From Flavobacteriales bacterium (GTDB lineage Bacteria; Bacteroidota; Bacteroidia; CAIKAF01): a DNA stretch of 64,000 bases. Below the pieces are notes generated by a model. The model had not been told where the DNA came from. It did not search any database and saw nothing but the letters and a program-made list of their open reading frames with translations. Every line of letters starts with the position of its first letter. Position 1 is the first letter of the stretch. The translations under genes and the position numbers were made by a program. Shown piece by piece: positions 28,764 to 38,317 of this stretch. Where the stretch lies: contig JAOABX010000006.1 in assembly GCA_026418175.1 (NCBI GenBank), positions 36,615-100,614 on the forward strand, read 5' to 3'.

Positions 28764-28771
28764 CAAAATTA
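28764..28771 (-). promoter_or_regulatory. Bacteroidota-type -7 box (TAATTTTG on the minus strand) for the ACIII-cox operon
   Basis: CAAAATTA on the plus strand. It is 64 nt upstream of the ATG at 28699 and 97 nt upstream of the ATG at 28666. Confidence 0.35.
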
Positions 28772-28935
28772 CATTTTTCAATCACTTTTGTATCGAAAAC
28801 CTAAGAAAAAACACCCTTTTTTGCTATTTAAAACGATTCTAAATAAGGGTTGGCATTAATAAAATTATTAACAGTTTCCATTCATTCAATATAACAAATA
28901 AATAATGTAAAAGTTTGTATTGAATATTGCATCGC

Positions 28936-28943
28936 TATATTTG
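28936..28943 (+). promoter_or_regulatory. Bacteroidota-type -7 box (TATATTTG) for the S46 peptidase gene
   Basis: Exact TAnnTTTG match 24 nt upstream of the ATG at 28968. A TTTG at 28914..28917 could be the -33 element (18-nt spacer). Confidence 0.4.
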
Positions 28944-28967
28944 CTTCCAGCTAAATTTAATAAAGAC

Positions 28968-31100
28968 ATGAATAGAAAAATTACTTTACTATTTTTCATC
29001 CAATCCCTAATTATATTTTCTGTTCGCGCCGATGAAGGCATGTGGTTGCCCTATCACATTTCAAGGGTGATGGCCAACATGCAAGCATTGGGTTGCAAAC
29101 TGGCTGCCGAACAAATCTATGATTCCAACAAACCCTCTATAAAAGATGCTATTGTTCATTTTGGAGGTTTTTGCACCGGAGAGATTGTAAGCAATCAAGG
29201 TCTTGTATTTACGAATCACCACTGTGGATACGATGCCATTTCGGGATTAAGCACTAAAGAAAAAAACATCTTAGATAATGGATTCTGGGCAAAAGATTTT
29301 AAAGAAGAAATTCCGGCGCCAGGCCTTTCTGTATCAATACTTGTATATATGAAAGATGTAACAGAGCGTGTTCTAAATGCATCCGACCGTGCTGCTGAAA
29401 TAAAAAAAATTAAAGACGAAGCAACTACCGGTACTCATTACAGAGCCGATGTAAAATCATACTTCTATGGAAATGAATATTATCTTTTGGTATATGAAAC
29501 GTTCAAGGATATTCGATTGGTTGGAACTCCGCCCCAAAATATTGGAAAATTTGGAGGAGATACTGATAACTGGATGTGGCCACGCCATACCGGAGATTTC
29601 AGTATATTTAGAATTTATGCTTCTCCCGATAACAAGCCTGCTGATTATAATGTTAATAACGTGCCCTACAAACCAAAACATTTTTTACCCATCAATCTAA
29701 AAGGCATTCAGGAAAATGATTTTGCTATGATAATGGGATTCCCTGGCCGAACCACCCGCTACCTCACACAAGCCGGCGTAAAAAATGTTGCATTTAACCG
29801 TTACCCCGAAAGAGCAAAAATTTTAAAAGAAAAATTAGCTCAATGGTGGAGCGAAATGGAAAAGGATGTTAATGTTAGACTTGTTCTTTCCGGTGAATAC
29901 GCATCACTTGCCAATAGCCAAAAATATTATGAAGGAGTAATGAATGCTTTAAAAAAGTCTCCTTGCCTGGATATAAAAAACAATCTAGAAAAAGAATTTA
30001 CTGCATGGGTAAATGCCGATAATAATCGTAAATCAAAATATGGACAAATCATACAAGGCTTAGAAGACCTCTACAATCAAAACAAAGAACTTACTAAAGT
30101 TGCACAGTATCTAGTATTTGCATATAGCGGTGTACACATAGCACAAATGGGCGAAAACATGGTAGCACTACGCGATATTTTAAATCAAAAAACAGTTGAT
30201 CAAAACAAATTGAAAGAATCTCAAGATGCCATTCGTAAACAAATGGAAAATTATTTTGAATCTTTTGTAAAAATGGCCGATCAAAAAACCTTTGCCAGCA
30301 TGCTTCGATTAGTTAGTCAAAACCTTGACAGTAAATATTGGGTTAGCGCCATGACGAGCAAAGAAATGGCAAAAATGAAACCCAGCACTGGAGACAAATT
30401 TGATACATACGCTGCCATGGTTTACAACAGTTCTATTCTAACAGATAAAGAGAAGATGACAAAATTTATTGAAAAACCTTCGTTGTCAATTTTAAATAAA
30501 GATTTAGGAATTAAATATGCTATTGATGTTACCAATATGTTCTCACAATATATTGGCGCATTACAAACAATGAATGCCAAAGAAGAAGAGTTAATGAAAA
30601 CCTATGTTAAAGGACTTCGCGAATTTAAAAGCGACAAATTCTTTTACCCGGATGCCAACTCAACTTTACGCGTTACCTACGGTCAAATAAAATCATACAT
30701 TCCAAGAGATGGAGTTCTTTACAATTGGTACACAACCCATCGAGGAATTTTAGAAAAAGAAATTCCTGGTGATCCAGAATTTGATGTATTCCCTGATTTT
30801 AGTAACGCATTACGAAAAGGAGAATTTGGCAAATATGCTGATAAGAATGGTGACTTACCGGTTGCTTTTATATCTAATCTCGACATAACCGGTGGAAATT
30901 CTGGAAGCCCGGTTATAAATGGAAATGGTGAATTGATAGGTATAGCATTTGACGGTGTGTGGGAAGGAATGGTAGGTGATTTATATTGGGAGGCTAAACA
31001 AAATCGTACTATTGCCGTGGATATCCGCTATGTAATGTATGTAATTGAACAAAATTCTGGTTCGCAAAGAATTTTCAACGAAGTGAAAGTGATTTTATAG
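28968..31100 (+). CDS. S46-family dipeptidyl-peptidase (DPP7/DPP11 type)
   Basis: After the signal peptide comes ADEGMWLP, the conserved S46 N-terminus. The catalytic His is in TNHHCG and the catalytic Ser in GGNSGSP. From memory, the FDG (not FDR) in AFDGVWEG would suggest DPP7-like rather than DPP11-like specificity. I prefer the ATG at 28968 over the TTG at 28920. Confidence 0.85.
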   Translation: MNRKITLLFFIQSLIIFSVRADEGMWLPYHISRVMANMQALGCKLAAEQIYDSNKPSIKDAIVHFGGFCTGEIVSNQGLVFTNHHCGYDAISGLSTKEKNILDNGFWAKDFKEEIPAPGLSVSILVYMKDVTERVLNASDRAAEIKKIKDEATTGTHYRADVKSYFYGNEYYLLVYETFKDIRLVGTPPQNIGKFGGDTDNWMWPRHTGDFSIFRIYASPDNKPADYNVNNVPYKPKHFLPINLKGIQENDFAMIMGFPGRTTRYLTQAGVKNVAFNRYPERAKILKEKLAQWWSEMEKDVNVRLVLSGEYASLANSQKYYEGVMNALKKSPCLDIKNNLEKEFTAWVNADNNRKSKYGQIIQGLEDLYNQNKELTKVAQYLVFAYSGVHIAQMGENMVALRDILNQKTVDQNKLKESQDAIRKQMENYFESFVKMADQKTFASMLRLVSQNLDSKYWVSAMTSKEMAKMKPSTGDKFDTYAAMVYNSSILTDKEKMTKFIEKPSLSILNKDLGIKYAIDVTNMFSQYIGALQTMNAKEEELMKTYVKGLREFKSDKFFYPDANSTLRVTYGQIKSYIPRDGVLYNWYTTHRGILEKEIPGDPEFDVFPDFSNALRKGEFGKYADKNGDLPVAFISNLDITGGNSGSPVINGNGELIGIAFDGVWEGMVGDLYWEAKQNRTIAVDIRYVMYVIEQNSGSQRIFNEVKVIL

Positions 31101-31110
31101 CCAAATTTTT

Positions 31111-31162
31111 ATTCAGAATTGTCATTAGAATAAACAACATTGTGCTAATGACAATTCTGAAT
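31111..31162. terminator. 18-bp perfect inverted repeat (hairpin, 16-nt loop) between the convergent S46 peptidase and epimerase genes
   Basis: ATTCAGAATTGTCATTAG (31111..31128) pairs with CTAATGACAATTCTGAAT (31145..31162). There is no strong T-tract, so it is a possible bidirectional terminator or a protein-binding palindrome. Confidence 0.5.
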
Positions 31163-32091
31163 TAGATCAGTGAAATTATCTTTTTAATTCCTTCTTCTAA
31201 AGTAATACGAGGACGTTTGAGAAGATCGTTCATTTTTGATATATCAGGAAGCCTTCTTGTCATATCCCCTTCGGCAAGCGGTGGAAGATGAACTATTGAA
31301 GACGAAGAACCCGTAATTTGAATGATGGTTTTTGCAAGTTGAATAACAGATATCTCTTCGTTTCCTCCTACATTAACAATATCGTTTACAAATCTGTTAT
31401 CCATAAATGCTTGATAGCAGGCATCTACATTATCGTCTATATAACAAAAAGTGCGGGTTTGTAATCCATCACCATATACGGTTATGTCTTCATTGGCTAG
31501 AGCCATCCGAATAAAACGTGAAACCACAAAATCTTTGCTTTGCTTGGGACCGTAGGTATTGAAGAATCGAAATATAGTGTACTCTAAACCATATTCTTGC
31601 TGATAAGAACGTAAAAAAGCTTCTCCAACATTTTTCACCACTGCATAAGGAAGCCTGGAATTAAGTGGCGTAGTACGTTCGTTTTGTGGAAATTCAACCG
31701 GCTCGCCATAAACTTCGGAAGAAGAAGAATAATACACCCGTTTTACTCCAGTATTTTTGGACAACCGAAGAATATTTTCTATTCCTTTTATATCATCCAA
31801 TACACTGACTGGATTCTTTAAAGTTCGTTGAACACCCACCAGGGCAGCGTAATGAAACACATAATCAAAATGAAATGCATAAAAAACTCCGGATATATCG
31901 TGAAAATTGTTTACATCACATTTGATAAAATGAATATTGTTATATTTTTTTCTATCTGGAAGTTTAGTCGGATCACCGGTTCTAAAGTTGTCTACAATAA
32001 CCACTTCGTGATCTGAATTTAACGCTAGCTTTTCGGCCATAGCGCTTCCAATAAATCCGGCACCGCCGGTAACTAGAATCTTTTTTTTCAT
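31162..32091 (-). CDS. NAD-dependent nucleotide-sugar epimerase/dehydratase (extended SDR, UDP-glucuronate-decarboxylase-like)
   Basis: 309 aa with KILVTGGAGFIGS, an SSSEVYG motif and a YxxxK motif (YAVVK). Confidence 0.7.
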   Translation of the reverse strand: MKKKILVTGGAGFIGSAMAEKLALNSDHEVVIVDNFRTGDPTKLPDRKKYNNIHFIKCDVNNFHDISGVFYAFHFDYVFHYAALVGVQRTLKNPVSVLDDIKGIENILRLSKNTGVKRVYYSSSSEVYGEPVEFPQNERTTPLNSRLPYAVVKNVGEAFLRSYQQEYGLEYTIFRFFNTYGPKQSKDFVVSRFIRMALANEDITVYGDGLQTRTFCYIDDNVDACYQAFMDNRFVNDIVNVGGNEEISVIQLAKTIIQITGSSSSIVHLPPLAEGDMTRRLPDISKMNDLLKRPRITLEEGIKKIISLI

Positions 32092-32092
32092 G

Positions 32093-32962
32093 CTACCAAT
32101 CTTGTTCTGCTATTTTCATCAGGTATTGGCCATACCCACTTTTTAAAAGGGGTTGAGCCAAATTGATGAGTTGTTGTTTGTCAATAAAATTCATACGATA
32201 AGCAACTTCTTCAATGCATCCTATTTTCAGCCCTTGCCTTTCTTCAATCACTTGCACAAACTGGCCAGCCTGCATGAGCGATTGAAACGTTCCGGTGTCG
32301 AGCCAGGCTGTGCCCCGATCAAGAACATTAACATGCAATTGGTCCATCTCTAAATAAATACGATTTATATCTGTAATTTCATATTCTCCACGGGCACTGG
32401 GTTTTAGTTTTTTTGCCAGCTCAATCACCCGGTTATCATAAAAATAAAGGCCTGGTACAGCAAAGTTTGACTTGGGTTTTAATGGTTTTTCTTCAATTGA
32501 AACAGCTTTTTTTTGATCGTTAAATTCAACAACCCCGTATCGTTCAGGATCAGAAACATGATATGCAAAAATGACTCCCCCATGGGGATTACCGATAGAT
32601 TGCAATTGCTTCGGCATACCCGTACCATAAAAAATATTGTCTCCAAGAATAAGGGATACAGAATCATCACCTATAAATTCTTCACCCAACACAAAGGCTT
32701 GTGCCAGGCCGTTAGGTACTTCTTGAACCTTATAGCTGAATTTTAAACCCAACGGTTCTCCAGTTCCAAGCAGGCGCTGAAAATGCGGCAGATCATGGGG
32801 GGTTGAAATAATAAGAATTTCTCGAATTCCAGCCATCATTAACGTGGATAGCGGATAATAAATCATGGGCTTATCATAAATGGGCATTAGTTGTTTGCTA
32901 ATAGCCATGGTAATGGGATAAAGCCGCGTACCAGAACCCCCGGCCAGGATAATACCTTTCAT
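32093..32962 (-). CDS. rfbA: Glucose-1-phosphate thymidylyltransferase
   Basis: 289 aa. [18 protein letters not shown] and the rest of the sequence are typical RfbA/RmlA. Confidence 0.9.
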   Translation of the reverse strand: MKGIILAGGSGTRLYPITMAISKQLMPIYDKPMIYYPLSTLMMAGIREILIISTPHDLPHFQRLLGTGEPLGLKFSYKVQEVPNGLAQAFVLGEEFIGDDSVSLILGDNIFYGTGMPKQLQSIGNPHGGVIFAYHVSDPERYGVVEFNDQKKAVSIEEKPLKPKSNFAVPGLYFYDNRVIELAKKLKPSARGEYEITDINRIYLEMDQLHVNVLDRGTAWLDTGTFQSLMQAGQFVQVIEERQGLKIGCIEEVAYRMNFIDKQQLINLAQPLLKSGYGQYLMKIAEQDW

Positions 32963-32986
32963 AGTGTATATTGAATTACTCTAAAG

Positions 32987-35365
32987 TTATTCATCTTCAT
33001 CAATATCTTCCAATTCCTGTTGCGAAATAATTTTTTTATTAAAAGTAAGCAACAAAGAAGGTAACAATATTAAATTAGTAAACATGGCCATGAACAACGT
33101 AATAGAAACCAACACCCCTAACGCAACTGTTCCACCAAAATCAGAAGCAATAAAAATCGAAAACCCAAAAAATAAAATAATGGATGTATAGCTCATGCTT
33201 AAGCCTGTTTCACGCAATGCCTGAAGAACAGATTTTTTTACATCACCCTGCCAGTGTTTTAATTCTTGCCTGTACTTTGCCAAGTAATGAATGGTGTCGT
33301 CCACCGAAATTCCAAATGCAACACTAAAAATTATGCTGGTTGATGCCTTTAGCGGAATTTCTAAAAACCCCATAATAGCAGCTGTAAAAAGGAGTGGAAT
33401 AATGTTGGGAATTAAAGAAATAAGAACCATTTTTAATGAGCGAAACATTAGTCCCATGATTAATGCAATGATGCTAATTGCTACAAGCAAGCTGGTAAAT
33501 AAATTTTTAACCAAATAATCCGTACTCTTCATAATGAGAATGCTAGCTCCAGTTAGCATAATATCAACATCCATATCGCTAAAAATTCGAGCAGCCATGG
33601 ACTTAATATCATGAGTAACTTTTTTCATTTCATGGGTGCCCATGTCTGCCATCTGAGAACGAATACGAATATACCTCCAGCTAGAATCTACATACGACAA
33701 CATTAAAGAATCTCCTCCAGCAGCACGCCCGGCATATTTTGATATTTTTCCCATATCTAGCTCATTGGGAATGCGATACTCTATAGGAGAACCGTTGTAA
33801 TATACTTGATTAGCATATTTAATCAACTCAATGGCAGAAACTGCCCGTGAAAATTTCCCATATTGTTTTATAGAATCCTGTAATTCGCTAACTCGTCTCC
33901 ACAGTTTAGTCTTTATAAATGAAGCGCCTTTTTTCTTCTTAGTATCTAATATAACCTCAAAAGGCATTACGCCGTTAAACTCAGACTCAAAAAACTCCAT
34001 ATCTCTAAATGCCCGTGAATGGCGGGGAACATCGTCAGCAATGCGCCCAGAAGTTTTTATCAAAGACATGCCTACCAATGAAAATATAAAAAAAATAATC
34101 GAAGCCCAATATACTTTGGTTTTATGATGACCAACAATGGTAAGCAAAGCATCTAGGAGCATATTCGACCGTTTGTTTTGCAAATGGCGTGTATGCCGTA
34201 TTGTTGGAGCGGGTAGGTAACTAAAGAGAATGGGAATTAAGATAATTGATATTATAAACAAACATAAAATATTAAGTGATGATACAGTTCCAAACTCAAC
34301 CAATAATTTGCTATTGGTAATAATCATGGTACCAAAGCCTACAGCGGTTGTTAAATTAGTAAGAAAGATAGCCCTTCCTGTTTTTTCAATCACACGCTTC
34401 AATGCCTGAATTTTATTTCCAACTTGCAAAAATTCCATGTGATAGCGTGTAATCATATACACCGCATTGGGAATACCAATAACTATAAGCAATGGAGGAA
34501 TTAGCCCGGTAAGAATAGAAATTTTATATCCCAACAAACCCATGGTGCCAGACGACCAAATAATTGCAATTCCAACATTAATCAAAGGAACAAAAATGGC
34601 CTTGGCTGACTTAAAAAACAAAAATAAAACTATAGATGTGATTAGCGCAGCCAGTACAACAAACAAGGTGATTTCCTTGGAGGCACGCAGAATAGAATCG
34701 GTTCTTATAAATGGCAATCCGGAAACATGTATCGATAAGCCTGTACGCTTTTCATAATCAGCAATTTCTTTTTGAATAGATTTTACAATATGTACACGTT
34801 CACGGGTGTGAACAGCTTCTTTGTCCATGGCCGCAAGCATAAGGAAAGTATTAGAAGCCGGATTCCATAATACGTTTTCATAAAATGGAAGCTTTTCAAT
34901 TCGTTGTTTTGTTACTGAAGCAGCCGAATCAGTAATATTTCCTGAGGGAAGTAATGGCGATGCTATAAACCTTTCCTTTTCTGGATCTTTATGCAATACT
35001 GTAGCTGATATGGGAGATAATGTCCATTCAATACCTGATAAATTTTTAATACCATTTTCAAGTTCCCCCCATACTTCCAAATGTTTTTTTGTGAAAAACT
35101 CTGGATGTTGAACAGCCATGACCACAACATTGGCTTCTTCTCCAAAAATGGATCGAAAATGCTGATAATCGTTAAAAGTTGGATCGCTGGGAGGAAGCAC
35201 TTCTGCCATTTGAAAGCTCATCTCTACCTTGCGGCTTTGCCATGCCATAAAAGCTGTGCCTACAGCCAGTAATACAAGCCAAACCGGACGATAGGAAAAA
35301 ATAAGCTTTGCTAAAGCCTGCCACATATCAGCAACGAATGTAATCACATTCCTGCTGAATACCAA
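32987..35365 (-). CDS. RND-superfamily exporter (MMPL/SSD-type, two six-TM bundles)
   Basis: 792 aa with two hydrophobic six-TM blocks separated by large soluble loops. This matches the pattern of predicted RND-superfamily exporters. An alternative start is the ATG at 35326 (MWQALAKLIF). Confidence 0.65.
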   Translation of the reverse strand: MVFSRNVITFVADMWQALAKLIFSYRPVWLVLLAVGTAFMAWQSRKVEMSFQMAEVLPPSDPTFNDYQHFRSIFGEEANVVVMAVQHPEFFTKKHLEVWGELENGIKNLSGIEWTLSPISATVLHKDPEKERFIASPLLPSGNITDSAASVTKQRIEKLPFYENVLWNPASNTFLMLAAMDKEAVHTRERVHIVKSIQKEIADYEKRTGLSIHVSGLPFIRTDSILRASKEITLFVVLAALITSIVLFLFFKSAKAIFVPLINVGIAIIWSSGTMGLLGYKISILTGLIPPLLIVIGIPNAVYMITRYHMEFLQVGNKIQALKRVIEKTGRAIFLTNLTTAVGFGTMIITNSKLLVEFGTVSSLNILCLFIISIILIPILFSYLPAPTIRHTRHLQNKRSNMLLDALLTIVGHHKTKVYWASIIFFIFSLVGMSLIKTSGRIADDVPRHSRAFRDMEFFESEFNGVMPFEVILDTKKKKGASFIKTKLWRRVSELQDSIKQYGKFSRAVSAIELIKYANQVYYNGSPIEYRIPNELDMGKISKYAGRAAGGDSLMLSYVDSSWRYIRIRSQMADMGTHEMKKVTHDIKSMAARIFSDMDVDIMLTGASILIMKSTDYLVKNLFTSLLVAISIIALIMGLMFRSLKMVLISLIPNIIPLLFTAAIMGFLEIPLKASTSIIFSVAFGISVDDTIHYLAKYRQELKHWQGDVKKSVLQALRETGLSMSYTSIILFFGFSIFIASDFGGTVALGVLVSITLFMAMFTNLILLPSLLLTFNKKIISQQELEDIDEDE

Positions 35366-35373
35366 CGTACTTT

Positions 35374-36063
35374 TTATGATGAGGTAAGTTGAAGTGTGGC
35401 TTCAATGGCTTGAAAAACGTTATTTTGAACTTCAGAAATTCGTGCTTCCATCATATAGCATGGAGCAGAAACGATTTTATTCAATGTATCTACGGCAATT
35501 TCATCTACTGACTTCATAACTGCAATGGCTCCTGTTTTTTCCATTCCCTGACTTATAGCACCAATTTCATAGGGTGATTTTTGTTGGGTTGTACCAACGG
35601 TGAGTTTAGCATGAACATCTGTGCCTTCAAGTGCCTTGGCAATTACTGTTGGACCCATGCACAATCCGCAAACTGGTTTATGGGCAGTAATCATTGAACG
35701 AATCGCTTTTTCCACATCGCTACGAATTTCCCCATCCGGACCAAAAAACGCCCATTGTGTTAAATTTTTTGCTGCACCAAAACCGCCGGGAATTACTAAT
35801 GCATCCAGATCGTCTGCATTAAATTCAGTTAAGCTCCTAATATCACCTCGAGCTATACGAGCAGCTTCAACCAACATGTTTCGTTGCTCATGCATTTCTT
35901 CTCCATTGAGGTGATTTACTACATGATGCTGATTCGCATCAGGAGCAAAACAAACAGCCTGAGCACCTAGCTCATCAATAGCCAGCAAGGTAAATACTGA
36001 TTCATGTATTTCTGAACCATCATACACCCCGCATCCCGATAAAATTACACCAACTTTTTTCAT
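35374..36063 (-). CDS. elbB: DJ-1/PfpI-family glyoxalase ElbB
   Basis: 229 aa. MKKVGVILSGCGVYDGSEIHE is the characteristic ElbB N-terminus, and a nucleophile-elbow Cys lies in GLCMGP. Confidence 0.75.
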   Translation of the reverse strand: MKKVGVILSGCGVYDGSEIHESVFTLLAIDELGAQAVCFAPDANQHHVVNHLNGEEMHEQRNMLVEAARIARGDIRSLTEFNADDLDALVIPGGFGAAKNLTQWAFFGPDGEIRSDVEKAIRSMITAHKPVCGLCMGPTVIAKALEGTDVHAKLTVGTTQQKSPYEIGAISQGMEKTGAIAVMKSVDEIAVDTLNKIVSAPCYMMEARISEVQNNVFQAIEATLQLTSS

Positions 36064-36068
36064 AATAA

Positions 36069-37349
36069 TTAGGATTTTAATGCTTGAAGTAATATTTCAC
36101 TAAACTCATAAACATCCCGAAAGGTATTGTATAAAGGAACTGGAGCAACACGTATTACAGAAGGTTCCCGCCAGTCAGCTACAACGCCTTTTTCAGAAAT
36201 TTGGTCGAAAACTTTTTTGCCTCCATTAATCTCAAGAGAAAGTTGACAGCCTCGTTGCGATGGGTCAGCAGGAGTCAGGATTTGAATGGGAGACCCAGAT
36301 AATTGCTCATTAATTTTTTGTATTCGATACTCCAAATATCCCGTAAGCTTAACGCTTTTATTCCTTAATTTATCCATGCCGGCACGTGAAAAAATCTCAA
36401 GAGCGGCTCGATGTGGTGCCATGCTTAGCACCGGCGCATTGCTCAATTGCCAGGCTTCGGCTGTTTCAAATGCATCAATGGTTCGCTCCATTTTAAACCT
36501 GCTGTTGGGTTTATTTCCCCACCAACCTTCAAATCGAGGGATGTTTTTATTTTTGCAATGCTTTTCATGCACAAAAATTCCTGCTACTCCACCTGGTCCA
36601 GAATTTAAATACTTATATGAACACCAGGCTGCAAAATCTACCTGCCAATCGTGCAAGGATAAAGGTACATTACCCACAGCATGCGCTAAATCATATCCAG
36701 CAAAAGCACCCACCCGATGTGCTGCTTCGGTAATCGTTTTAATATCAAACCATTGGCCGGTGTAATAATTAACTCCTCCAAGCATTACCAGTGCCAATGA
36801 TTCTTTATATTGTTCTATTGTTTGAAGGATGTCTTCTGTTCGAATAATAGATTCGCCTTCGCGGGGACCTATTTCAATCACTGCATCTGCAGGTTCAAAT
36901 CCATGATAACGGACCTGTGAATCCAATGCATAATAATCAGATGGAAAACTTTTTTTCTCACATAATATGCGAAACCGGTGGCGAGTAGGCCTGTAAAATG
37001 ATACTAATAAAAAATGAAGGTTTGCTGTAAGGCTCCCCATGGCAACGGTTTCTTCGGGTTTTGCCCCGACAATTCCCGAAAGCAATTCTTTAAATGGTTC
37101 ATGGTAAGAAAACCAAGGGTTTTTGGCATGCAAATGGCCTTCTACTCCCAGGTTTTTCCAGTCTTCTAGTTCCTGAAGCACATAATCCCTTGCTTTTATT
37201 GGCTGCAAGCCAAGCGAGTTACCGGTAAAATAAATAGCATCCCGGCCATGCATTCGTGGAATGTGAAATTCCTTTCGAAATCCAGCCAGTTCATCATAAT
37301 GATCCAGGCTTACCGCAAAATCAAGTGAATCTTCGAAATGCATGAGCAT
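36069..37349 (-). CDS. kynU: Kynureninase
   Basis: 426 aa of the PLP-dependent fold. The motifs IYFTGNSLGLQP, CSYKYLNSGPGGVAG and WWGN are characteristic of kynureninase. Confidence 0.8.
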   Translation of the reverse strand: MLMHFEDSLDFAVSLDHYDELAGFRKEFHIPRMHGRDAIYFTGNSLGLQPIKARDYVLQELEDWKNLGVEGHLHAKNPWFSYHEPFKELLSGIVGAKPEETVAMGSLTANLHFLLVSFYRPTRHRFRILCEKKSFPSDYYALDSQVRYHGFEPADAVIEIGPREGESIIRTEDILQTIEQYKESLALVMLGGVNYYTGQWFDIKTITEAAHRVGAFAGYDLAHAVGNVPLSLHDWQVDFAAWCSYKYLNSGPGGVAGIFVHEKHCKNKNIPRFEGWWGNKPNSRFKMERTIDAFETAEAWQLSNAPVLSMAPHRAALEIFSRAGMDKLRNKSVKLTGYLEYRIQKINEQLSGSPIQILTPADPSQRGCQLSLEINGGKKVFDQISEKGVVADWREPSVIRVAPVPLYNTFRDVYEFSEILLQALKS

Positions 37350-38134
37350 TATTTTATTAAATAATAATTAATTAACACCCCTCCCACTAGTGCCGGAACA
37401 GTACCTATCAACGAATTAAATAACTTTTTCTTTCCGGCTTGCATCCGATATCCTTCTATAAAAAACTCTTCATTTAAATACGGGATGTCTTCTTTTCCCG
37501 TTTTACCAACCTTGGGACGAATTGCTCCATTCACAGCAGTGAATATTGTTGCAGGCAAGGGAGCAACAAATAAATTAAACATGCCTCCACCAAAACCAGT
37601 CAACGTCCCACCTATGGTAGAAAAAGGTGAATGATAATGTTTTCGAGCTGAACGGCGGCCCATAACCCAGCAACGCATCTCGTATTCTGACAACTCAAAG
37701 CGCCTGTCAAGGGTATCTTGATGATAAATAACCCGCTCTTTTTCTGTGATTTTTAAGCTATCATCATAAGGTTTAAAAGGCACAACGCTTCTTGTTCTAA
37801 CATTAAATACTTTTTCTTTACGAAGGGTGAATGGTTTTTTTAGTTCTCTATAATATACATATGGGCTATGACGGTCAAAACTATCAATCAAAAAAACATA
37901 GGGAAGCACTTGTCCATTAAGTAATTCCATTTCTGTTTTTCGTATTTCTTTCACGGTTGATTTTTCAATATATTTAGCTTTAGTTAGTTGAGTGTAATAT
38001 ATCCAAATGGAGTCTTCTTTTTCCACCAATGCCGGTATTTCTTTTCCATTAAGTAATAAAATTACATCTTGTGAATACCCATTAAGTATCAATAAATTTA
38101 TCACACAAACCACACACGCCAAAATATACTTCAT
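37349..38134 (-). CDS. Hypothetical membrane-associated protein
   Basis: I prefer the start MKYILACVVCVINLLILNGYSQ at ATG 38134. The protein has a Gly-rich hydrophobic C-terminal region. Its stop overlaps the kynU start (TAATG). I recognise no family. Confidence 0.5.
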   Translation of the reverse strand: MKYILACVVCVINLLILNGYSQDVILLLNGKEIPALVEKEDSIWIYYTQLTKAKYIEKSTVKEIRKTEMELLNGQVLPYVFLIDSFDRHSPYVYYRELKKPFTLRKEKVFNVRTRSVVPFKPYDDSLKITEKERVIYHQDTLDRRFELSEYEMRCWVMGRRSARKHYHSPFSTIGGTLTGFGGGMFNLFVAPLPATIFTAVNGAIRPKVGKTGKEDIPYLNEEFFIEGYRMQAGKKKLFNSLIGTVPALVGGVLINYYLIK

Positions 38135-38286
38135 ACTAATAAAATTGCAAGCCGTAAATTTCACATTTTATCACAAATTCCCCAATCTTTAGCTGCTGTT
38201 TCATATTAAAACCAAGATTAGCGAACAGAAATAACTACAAGTTGTTAATGGTTATAAACAGTCGGTACGCCTGGAATTTTTATATG

Positions 38287-38294
38287 TATTTTTG
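38287..38294 (+). promoter_or_regulatory. Bacteroidota-type -7 box (TATTTTTG) for gcvP
   Basis: Exact TAnnTTTG match 23 nt upstream of the ATG at 38318. Confidence 0.4.
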
Positions 38295-38317
38295 CCATTA
38301 TTTCAATCATAAACTTT

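Noticed and set aside
28920-28967. N-terminal extensions from non-ATG starts in the ORF track (28920 for the S46 peptidase, 54777 for tatD, 56830 for exbB, 28759 for actA, 6058 for the lipoprotein, 10873 for the dehydrogenase)
   Set aside because: A downstream ATG gives a canonical signal peptide or conserved N-terminus in each case. In several cases a TAnnTTTG box lies within or next to the extension, which places it outside the mRNA.
38165-38317. Possible glycine riboswitch upstream of gcvP (also considered at 46382..46455 upstream of gcvH)
   Set aside because: I found no GGAGAG...CACCG...-type conserved core or tandem aptamer-like structure by eye. The region is AT-rich and holds only a promoter-like box. 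An Infernal scan would be the decisive test.
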